A DNA stretch of 64,000 nucleotides from positions 206,212,001 through 206,276,000 of the forward strand of contig NC_042997.1 in assembly GCF_006345805.1 (NCBI RefSeq), given 5' to 3'. The stretch is from Octopus sinensis (lineage: Eukaryota). The notes below the pieces were generated by a model. It was given only the letters and a program-made list of their open reading frames with translations. It made no database searches and was not told where the DNA came from. Of the stretch, positions 37,870 through 48,050 are shown in pieces. The position numbers were made by a program, and so were the translations under genes. Numbering within the stretch: the stretch's first letter is position 1; each line of letters opens with the position of its first letter.

Positions 37870-40800
37870 ATATAACGAGGTCATTGCCAGTGCCGCTGGA
37901 CTGGCTCCTATGTAGGTGGCACATAAATACACCATTTGAGCATGGCTGTTGCCACTACCGCCTGACTGGTCCTTGTGCCGGTGGCATGTAAAAGCACCCA
38001 CTACACTCTCGAAGTGGTTGGTGTTAGGAAGGGCATCCAGCTGTAGAAACTCTGCCAGATCAGACTGGAGCCGGGATGCAGGGTCGCTCTTGAATACAAA
38101 GACCCTCCTGGGTGAAGAGTGTATCCCTCAGCATAGGCTAATCATTAGTGACTTTAGGCTTGAGGCCAGAAGGACTCCAAAAAGCAGACCAATCCAGAAA
38201 AGAAGGATTTGAAAGCTAAAGAACCCTTCACATGGTCAGAGATTTAGGGACATCCTCATCAAGAAATTTGATGAGAGGGAGGAGGAGCTACAGACGTTGG
38301 ACATAGAAGGTAGCTGGAAATTCCTACAGCACAGCTTGCTGAGTGCCACATACCAAGTCTGTGGATGGTGCAAAGTCCCTTCCAGACCTAGAGTTACGTG
38401 GTGGTGGAATAGTGCAGTAGACAAAGCCATTAGTGCAAAGAAACAGGCCTGGAGAGCCTGGAGGTAGCAGGGAACCGTACCAAGTAGCCAAAATGGAGGC
38501 CGGGCGGCAGGTATACATAGCCAAAGATATAGCGTTAGGAAGGGCATCCAGCTGTAGAAACATTGCCAGATTAGACTGGAGCCTGGTGCAGCCTTCTGGC
38601 TTCCCAGAACCCCGGTCGAACCGTCCAACCCATGCTAGCATGGAGAACGGACGTTAAACGACGATGATGATGATGATGATAGCAGAAAAGAAGAAATTTG
38701 CCAATGTCCAGCGACGTGAGGACCAAAGAACTGAGGTATTTCAGATTGCTAGACAGTGTGTGAGAGAAAATAGTGATGTTACAGGAGAGAAATGTGTCCG
38801 CCTGGATGATGGGGCACTTGCTTTTAATGTTGGTGAAAAGAAAGAGGCTTGGAGAAGCCATTATGAAAGACTGCTGAATGTGGAGAATGAATGGGAGGAG
38901 GAGAGCCTGCCAAATGTTGACCCAGTAGAGGGACCAGCTATCCAAATAGACAGCTCCCTTGTAGTTAAGGCAATTAAGGGTATGAAACCAGGTAAAGCCC
39001 CCGGCCCATCAGGTATCACTGCTAAGATGCTTAAAACAGCTGGTTATGTGGGCTATGGCCTAGTCACCCGCATTGTAAACCAGGTAGTTCATAATGGAGT
39101 CATACCCAATGACTGGCATAGCAGCACCATAGTCTACTGCTACAAGGGTAAGGGTGATGCTCTAGATAGAAATAACTACAGGGGTATTAAACTGTTGGAT
39201 CAGGTGATGAAGGTCACAGAGAGGGTCATAACCCATCTCATTAGGGAGAGAATTTGCTTAGATGAGATGCAGTTCGGTTTTGTAGAAGCACCACTGATGC
39301 TATATTCCTGGTCCGACAACTGCAGGAGAAGTACCTAGCTAAAGATAAACCCCTCTAAATAGCTTTTGTGGACTTGGAGAAAGCCTTTGACAGAGTTCCC
39401 CGATCCCTTATCTGGTGGTCGATGCGGAAACTGGAGATTGACGAATGGCTAATAAGGGCTGTACAGGCTCTATACAGAGAGGCTGTCAGCAAGGTTAGGA
39501 TTGGCAACGAATATAGTGAAGAATTCCAGGTAGAAGTAGGTGTACACCAAGGCTCAGCCCTCAGTCCCCTTTTATTCATCATAGTCCTCCAGGCAATAAC
39601 AGAGGAATTCAAAACAGGTTGCCCCTGGGAGCTCCTCTATGCCGATGACCTGGCTCTCATAGCAGAATCACTACCGGAACTAGAAAAGAAATTTTGGGTG
39701 TGGAAACAAGGGTTAGAATCAAAGGGCCTTAGAGTAAATGTAGCGAAGACCAAAGTTATAGTAAGCAGAAAGGCGAACTCAGCACACACCCCATCGGGCA
39801 GGTGGCCATGCTCGATCTGTAGGAAAGGTGTAGGTAGAAACTCCATAAAATGCACCCAGTGTAAGCTATGGACGCATAAGAGGTGCAGCAACATCAAAGG
39901 GAAATTAACTGATAAGATAGCTTTCATGTGCGGCAGATGTACAGGGACAATAGACACCACAAATACTCAGAAAATAGATTCCATCACACTCCAGGGGGAG
40001 AAACTAGAAGTAGTTGATAGTTTCTGCTACCTGGGTGACCAAGTTAGTAGTGGAGGTGGATGCTCAGAGAGTGTCACCATTAGAATACGAATAGCCTGGG
40101 CAAAGTTTACAAAGCTCCTACCCCTACTGGGGACAAAGGGTCTCTCACTCAGAGTGAAAGGTAGATTGTATGATGCATGTATGCGAACTGCCATGCTTCA
40201 CGGCAGTGAAACATGGGCCATGACTGCTGAGGACATACGTAGACTTGAAAGAAATGAAGCTAGCATGATCCGCTGAATGTGTAATGTCAGTGTGAATGCA
40301 CAACAGTGTGTAAGCACCCTGAGAGAAATGCTGGATATAAGAAACATCAGATGCGGTGTGCAAGAGTGACGCTTGCGATGGTATGGTCATGCACTGCGGA
40401 TGGATGAGGAGAGATGTGTGAAGAAGTGCCGCTCCTAAACAGTTGAAGGAATCAGGGGGAGAGGTAGACCCAGGAAGACATGGGATGAGGTAGTCAAGCA
40501 TGACCTCAGAGCGTCGGGCCTCACTGAGGCAATGGTCAAGGACCGAGATCTCTGGAGATGTGCTGTGACTACAAAGACCTGGGATGCTTCCGGCTCCAGT
40601 TCCGCATAGCCCCTGCCCATTCAAAATACCTTGGATCCTGGAACGTCTCGCTGTGCTTGAGGAGACCTGTTGAGTCAAGTGCATGTACACGAACATCTAA
40701 ACAAATATCAATGGAAATAGTAGTTGTGATACCTGTGTCGGTGGCACGTTAAAAGCACCATCCAAACGTGGCCGATGCCAGCGCCGCCTTGGCTGGCTTC

Positions 40801-40987
40801 AGTGCTGGTGGCACATTAAAAGCGCCAACCGATCGTGGCCGATGTCAGACCCCCCTGGCACCTGTGCAGGTGGCACATAAAAAGCACCCACTACACTCGC
40901 GGAGTGGTTGGCGTTAGGAAGGGCATCCAGCTATAGAAACACTGCCAGATCAGAGTGGAGCCTGGTGTAGCCCTGGCTTCCCAGACC
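37870..40987 (+). mobile_element. Composite RTE family A block; last copy lacks its terminal ~60 bp
   Basis: 302-aa RT segment at 39368-40276; 3'UTR stops at ccagacc, abutting the macrodomain exon. Confidence 0.88.
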
Positions 40988-41181
40988 ACAAAGTAAACAT
41001 GTTTGATCTGGCTTGAATTTTGATCTGAGTAGTTTTTCACTGCTTCATACATTGTTCTGGGTAGTTTTTCAATGGGGTACTTCATTTCAGCCCCTAATAT
41101 AGGAAATGCAAGGCTTTTTGCTCCCATTCTCTCAGCTTCTTCCAGACAAATGGTTATTATTTGAGTCAAGTTTGCCAGAAT
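40984..41181 (-). CDS. Macrodomain C-terminal exon (PARP14/15-like), 3' end replaced by RTE 3'UTR
   Basis: ttttttattag|ATT (phase 0). ILANLTQIITICLEEAERMGAKSLAFPILGAEMKYPIEKLPRTMYEAVKNYSDQNSSQIKHVYFVV, SLAFP-type macro motif. No consensus donor; the frame runs into repeat sequence to TAG at 40891-40893. Confidence 0.85.
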
Positions 41182-41792
41182 CTAATAAAAAATAATTGTT
41201 TAGTAATTGATAATGAACATTTTATTAAATTATTTTCTTATTACAGGAAGAAACCATTAAGTTGTAATAAATATATCCTCCTCTCACAACTCCTCTCACT
41301 CCTACCACTTCTAAACACAACTGTCATTCCTATCACTCTTTAGTCCTGCAAGGGACAAGGCAACCTCACTCATGATGCTGCTACAATAAAACAGACCCAA
41401 TCCACCATGTAAAATGGTTGGTGAATGAAGAGAGACAATGCAGACCCAAGAGGAGTCTTTAGTGTTGTTGAGGACATGACAACCTCTCTAGTGCTCGTGC
41501 CATGACAGAGAAAAACTCACCAATACAGACAGTAAAACAGAGAAATATGTTTTAATATAGTCTTATTTATCAGTCACATAACTGTTGTTAGGCCATGAGG
41601 CTTTTTTCCTTCTATTTATATATAAAAGTGTCCTGTTCATCGATATCTTCTGCTTCCTTCCAATGATAACTTGGAAGAACAAATATTAAACAGGATGCTG
41701 TCATTTGCTTTATGATTCTCACACAACATGCATAAGGTTCTCTTCAAACATTAACTGTTTCAATAAGTCAATATAATATGATTGATACTTAC

Positions 41793-42025
41793 TGAATCAG
41801 AGGAATTTTCATCCCAGGGAGGTAATGCCAGATGAAATACATTCTTACAGTTGAGGTTATATCCTTTAGTGACTGCAATTTCAGATGTAGAAATACCTTG
41901 AGGATATTTCTGGTTACATTCATCTTGTATCTCTGAACCAGCAGCAAAGAGAATATATTTGGAGATAGAACCATCATTAAGCTGGAGTTCTGGACCAGAA
42001 ATGGATGAGCTTGATGTTGTGGTTT
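41793..42025 (-). CDS. Macrodomain exon (PARP14/15-like)
   Basis: ttttcag|AA ... TCA|gtaagt; 233 nt, phase 1 to 0. TTTSSSSISGPELQLNDGSISKYILFAAGSEIQDECNQKYPQGISTSEIAVTKGYNLNCKNVFHLALPPWDENSSDS; joins the 41181 exon in frame. Confidence 0.88.
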
Positions 42026-42065
42026 CTGAAAATAAACAAATATCAGTGTGTGTATGTGTATAGAT

Positions 42066-42120
<55 letters not shown>

Positions 42121-43968
42121 AACATCATCATTACCCCCCATGATGATATAACGTCCATATTCCATCCAGGTCCAAGTTGAACAAAATGATATATAAAGAC
42201 ACATCCGTCACAGCAAAAGTCATGTCCAAAAACTGGTATTTATATTCCTGTCCATGGTGGGCTCTACGCCCACATTTGCCCCTGTGAAGCAGTTCCTTTA
42301 CCATATCTCATCTTCCTAACACCCATCCCTCCATTACTCTTCTAACTACGGTCCTACTTTGCTGCTGTAACCATTAGAGAGCAGAATCTGCACATATTCA
42401 TCACCACCCCCGCCCTTTTCTAACCCCCACCCTAATCCTAACCCTAACCCCAACTACAAAAATTTTTGGAAAATTGTTTCAGAATCATAATCTCTGTATT
42501 TTTCCACATATTTTGAAAAAAAAAAAATTCTGAAAAAAATGAAGAATTTAGCAAGGGGAAGTAATTTCAAAATGCTGATTTATGCCAATTTTTTTGGCAC
42601 ATTCGTATTTTCCATCGCTGAAAACGCTGGAACTGGAGGTGTCTTGTGTGGTCAGTGGTCAGACCTTAAAAAGTCTGGAACCGAATAACATCAAGTTGAG
42701 GAAAAGTTAGGTTTGTAGGCTCAGCTGAAGTAGAAAAACAGGCTGTCACACGTGACCTTATTTGAAGGCTGTGATTTGTTGGGTTGTATATTGGTGCATG
42801 CTAGAGTAAGAGACAAATTGCACCAATAGCAACCAATCAGAGTAGTGGATACAACAGGGTCCAAAATGCAGCCAAAGACTAGCTGTTATCTACTATGTTT
42901 GTATGTATATATAATAGAGAGGAGAGGAATTTCACTCAAGTGTACGCTGCACCTCTATAATTTAAAAAATATTTTTCTGGAAAAAAATGAAATAACTCTA
43001 ACAATTCAGTTTGGGCAGGTGTATTATTGTGCTAATGTCAGAGTAACCAGTGAACATCGAAGGATTAACGTCAAGAAGGAAGGAATATTATTTATATATA
43101 TTTATTTGTTTGCCTGACAGGTAATTAGAGGACAGAAAAATTGCTGTCTGCTAGTAGAGAGGGAAAGAATAAGAAATGCACGGTGCCGGATAAAGGTGGT
43201 TCTGTTCCGATTGGCTATTTCCAAATGAGTTCATTAGTGGGGTCTGGAACTCTGGTGGGGAAAAAAAGTTTTATGCCCCAGACCTCTCATGGTTTAAATC
43301 TGATCTTGTCTGTGCGCGTCTACTACAGAGATACAGGGTAATAGAATGTAGATAGATAGAAAGGGTAAGGTTTGTGTTATTGTGCCTGATACACCATACT
43401 TGAAATGAGAAAAAGAGAGGCCCTTTGGATAAGTGCCCACTGACCAAAGAGAAGGAAACCTGATTTGATTGAATATACATGTATATTAATCCTAACCAAA
43501 TTATGTTAAACTATACAAAAGATTTTTACTCTGTATCATGTTTTGACTCCTGAATGCCTCGAAAAGGTCTGAGAGGTTACTATACTCTCACCAATTTCCT
43601 AGTGGAACAGGGGAGAACAATAGGTAGAGGACTTGTAGGAAAATGTAGATTCAGCTTCGAATTCTAGCTTAGAAAGTTGGTAGGTATCTACCACATATGT
43701 ATATGTATGTGTGTATATATATGTGCGTGCGTATGTGTATCCACAATCTAAAGGTTTTGTGAAAACTATGCTGAACAGTACCACCAATAGAAAAAAAACA
43801 AACTGATAAATTCTACCAAGGTGATTGACAAGACTGAAGGTGAAATCTTCTCTAGCCTACTACATTCACCTGTATTTCCTAATTAAACTATTACTGGTTT
43901 TTCTCTGCTTTTAAAGTTTTACTTTTCAAAATAAACTCTTATCGCAAATTTCTCAGAAACGTAAATTG

Positions 43969-44015
43969 TATAAAAGAGAGTGAAGTTGTGGTGGTGGGAA
44001 GAGTTTTTCTCGGAA
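43969..44015 (+). promoter_or_regulatory. TATA box and GAS (STAT-type) palindrome TTCTCGGAA
   Basis: TATAAAA 43969-43975; TTCTCGGAA 44007-44015. TTCNNNGAA is kept in the paralogous copy. Confidence 0.45.
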
Positions 44016-44111
44016 AAACTGGTGACATACAAAGTTGTTTAACCAATCGACGACTTACAAAAGCCATCGAATTAATATCAAAGTTTCAGTTTTGCTCAGA
44101 GTTGTTGCTAG
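44000..44111 (+). other. Putative non-coding first exon of a plus-strand gene (probable paralogue)
   Basis: TATAAAA at 43969-43975; ends CAGTTTTGCTCAGAGTTGTTGCTAG|gtaagt. Inverted homologue of 31264-31433. Confidence 0.55.
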
Positions 44112-45150
44112 GTAAGTTTTCACTTCCTCCATCTCTCCATTGCTTTACAAATTCTTTACAGAGTCGCATTCAATATTTTTCACTCCGTTATAACTACACA
44201 AATTTGTCTTCTTGTAACTCTCAGGACGTATACATATATATATATACACGAGTGAGTGGACAAACGAAAGAGGGGCACTCAATCATATTATTGGGAATAA
44301 CACGTGCGTGTGTGATAAAGAGGCCCGAAAATCTGATGATCATGTGTTGGTTGAAGTTATCAGACGTAACTGATAATGATAATGATGATTCTTGCAGAGT
44401 ATGTCTTCTTGTTGAAAAGTGTGTAACCCAAAATACGAAGTTTCAAACAACATGATTCATTTTCGTTACATTTACAATTATAAATCAACCACGTCGTATC
44501 GTTGAAGATCAACATATAATTTTAACTGTTGTGCATTTGTTGACAATCTACTTTAGTCTTTTGGAATTACTAGTGAGGGAAAGGGTGTGTGTGACAGATA
44601 TGATAGAAAGGGCAATCTGTAAATGTGGTAGGCATGATAATTAGATTAATTAATATCGGTGTAAAACAAACGACCGGGGAAGAAAGGAGAGATGCTTACA
44701 ATAGTTTTCGTTTGAGTCACTGACATCGTTTCTCGTTCAACCCCAAAACTGTCTGCAATCTTTCAATGAAAGATATCCATATTCCTAAAAGTTATGAGGA
44801 AAAAAGTGGTAACGTGTAAATCTTTCGAAACCCCTCCCCCTTGGGAAAATTCTTTCCAATAAATACCTATTTACTCGGAATCTACAGCATATAAGCGGTA
44901 TTTGTTGGAAATTTTGTTAAAATACATCCATATTTCTAGAAGTTAGGAGACGGGTAGGGCACAAATCTGTAGTTAGGCCATCATAAATACGCATACATAC
45001 ATAAATATACGTATTATGCTTTCACGATTCGCTTCTGTTTATGTGCATGTATGGGTGGATGGTTGGGTGGGTTTGCACCAAGGGTTCTATGTGTAAGCTG
45101 AAGAACAAAGTGAAGAAATGAGAATGTTTAACGGAACTTACCGAACAAGT

Positions 45151-45163
45151 AGTTTCACTTTCC
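45151..45163. promoter_or_regulatory. Consensus ISRE AGTTTCACTTTCC
   Basis: Exact match to AGTTTCNNTTTCC in apparently unique sequence ~1 kb from the 44111 exon. Confidence 0.4.
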
Positions 45164-46754
45164 TGAAAACATCTCTGAAGGATTGCCGTAAAGTTTGAAA
45201 TGGTCTTTTTTTTTTTTCGTAGTGAAATCAGAATAATTTATAATCGAAAAGGTGGAAGTTATTTATCCATAATTCTCAAATTAGTTTCCTATTAATTGAG
45301 GCCGCGGATCTTTTCGGTTTGAACGGCAGTTTTTAACATAATTTCTAGGTAACTAAAAAATTTTAAACTTCGTATACTGGTAGAATGTGTTTATAAAACA
45401 TCTTTTTCTCTTGGCTTTGTGGTGAAAATTCTATGGTTTGTAAGATATTTGTTTTTTTTTTTCAATTCTTTCAATTTCAACCAATCAATGACGTCTATTG
45501 AGGTAAAAAAAACACACATTCTGTGCCGTATGAATATATCTCTCGTTTAAGAAACAGATTGGGTTTATTTACATATTTGAAGAAAAAAAGATACCCTTCC
45601 CCCCACCCCTAACCCTAAAACAGATTGAAATGCAATAGATCGATACTAGGGTCATAATTATGGGTGACAATTTCATATGACACCGCTAGTAAAAACCGAA
45701 AAGATCTGAGGCCGCTTTAGTTAAAGGTTACTCTATAATGTTTGCAGGTCAATGCATTTCTACGTTACGTCATTTTCTTTTGACAGCCATTCATTCTCTC
45801 AGTTTTCTTTCTTTCCCTTTATCTTTTTGGGGTGGGGCTGTAATTTGACAAACGGTTTTTTTTTAATGTTTTCTCTCTCTCTCTGTTCTATTTATACCTT
45901 TCTTTCCTGCATTCTGTCTCTCTCTTCCTCGTTCTTCTGGTTTGCTAAGTGTGTTCCTTCTCCAAACTTTATTTCCTTGTAACTTTCCGAGAAATGCATA
46001 TTTTGTAATGAAATTTTCTTCAAATTTCTTTCAGAATGTGTAGATTACAACTATATAGCGGTTTACCAAGTTTTTCTTGTGTAGTATAGCGAATATTTTC
46101 TGGTTGGTTTGTTTACTGATAGTGTAAGGCTACTTTATTATGTTTCCTATTTGGAAATAGATAAATATATTTAGCTTTTTTAAGTTGGGATATATAATGA
46201 TAAAACCGTCACTTATAACTTAAGTCTTATCGGATCTTTTTACTTTGACCGGCAGATTTTAAAAATAATTTCTTTGTAACTAAACACTTTTAAACTTCGT
46301 ATACTGGTAGAATGTGTCGCAAAAAACATCTTTTTCTCTTGGCTTTCTTAAGAAAATTCTGTATTTTGTAAGCTATTTCTTGTATTTCGGCAATTTCAAC
46401 CAATCAATGACGTCTATTGAGGTGAATTTTTTTTCTTCAGAAATGTAAATAAGCTGCAAATATAAACATTTTGTGGCCATAAAATGAGGGGTCACTCGTA
46501 AAAAGAGCTGGATAACAAAACCGTTCACTCATTAAGTGTCCACCCATAATTATGATCCTAGTATCGATCTCGAAATAGACATAATTATGGGTGGACACTA
46601 AATGAGGGAACGGTTTTGTTATCCAGCTCTGTTTACGACTGACCCCTCTGTTTATGGCTACAAAATGTTTATATTTGCAGCTTATTTACATTTCTGAAGT
46701 AAAATAAAAGATACCCTTCCCCCCACCCCTGACCCTAACCCTAACCCCACATAT

Positions 46755-48050
46755 AATAATAATAATAATAAAACATTGTGTACGGTGCTCAGGTGCACCA
46801 CAACTCATCTAAAGTGTATGTATAGTACATAGGGCAATGTACAAGCGTCAGGAAAAGAACAGTGCATGAGTCATGACATACACATGTGTATGAGTATGGA
46901 AGGGGGACAATCAGGTGTAGTTTCGGCGGATTTCGGAAAGCATGAGGGCCTTAAAGGATGCAGCATCATGGCAGTCAACAACTGACGCAGGCAGTTTATT
47001 CCATGCTTCAGCAACTCTGAGCGTGAAAAAATGTTTCCGAAAGTCATGGGAGCTGTGCTGTTTTCTGACTTTGTAGGCATGTCCACGTGTGTTGGACACA
47101 TGGAGATCAAAAAGGTGTTCAGTGTTGTTGTTGGTGAGGTGGTTGATAACTTTGTGGGTGTTTACCAAGTCCATCGCCAGACGCCAGATCTTCAGTGAAT
47201 CCATGCCCAGGGAAACAAGGCGCCCAGAGTATGGTAGGTGTCTGATGGAGGGTATGCGTTTGGTTGCACGTCTCTGAACAGATTCCAGGAGGTCAATGTT
47301 CTGAGCAAGATAGGGGTTCCAAACTGATGTTGTGAATTCCAAGTGTGGTCGTACCATAGCTGTATACAGTTTTAAATAGATGGCTGGAGAGCGGCTAACA
47401 AAAGTCTTGCTGAGTGATGCCAAGACACCCTCGGCCTTCTTGACAATTTTAAAGATACGCTTTGTCCAACACAAATCACTGCTGACAGTGATGCCTAGGT
47501 AACGCTCACAAGAGGATTTCTTGATATCAGTGTTGTGGAGGGAGTATGTGGACGCAGGGTTTTTTCTCCCAAAATGCATGGTGGTACACTTGTCCACAGC
47601 CAGTTTCAATTGCCAGTCTGTGATCCATTGCTGCATTGTGTCCAGGTCTTATTGCAGGAAAGAGCTGTAGACAAGAGGATCTGTCCTCTTGATTTCAAGG
47701 TACAGCTTGATGTCATCTGCATATTTTAATACTGTGGAATTCTTTAAATTTGCATCTATGTCATTAATGTATGCCACAAACAAGAAGGGACCAAGAACAG
47801 ATCCCTGTGGTACACCCGATGACATCTCATATGGTGTAGAATGCTGTCCTAGAACTGTGACTACCTCCTTTCGGCTGAGAATGAAGGATTTCAACCAGTT
47901 AAAAAGATCATCCCTCACACCCATTGCAGAGAGTTTCACCATAAGCCTTTTGTGTGGCACAGAATTAAAAGCCTTAGCAAAGTCAAGGTAGACAACATCC
48001 ACCCATGAGCCTCTGTCAGTGATCTGAGTAATGTCCTCAATATATAAAAA
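46755..48050 (-). mobile_element. CR1-clade LINE, 5'-truncated
   Basis: VVYLDFAKAF, GVPQGSVLGP, KYADDIKL, VRPHLEF; (TTA)n tail. Confidence 0.92.

Noticed and set aside
42430-42450. CCCTAA repeats as interstitial telomere (also ~28497, ~45607, ~46735)
   Set aside because: Only two or three units, mostly embedded in a dispersed non-autonomous element.
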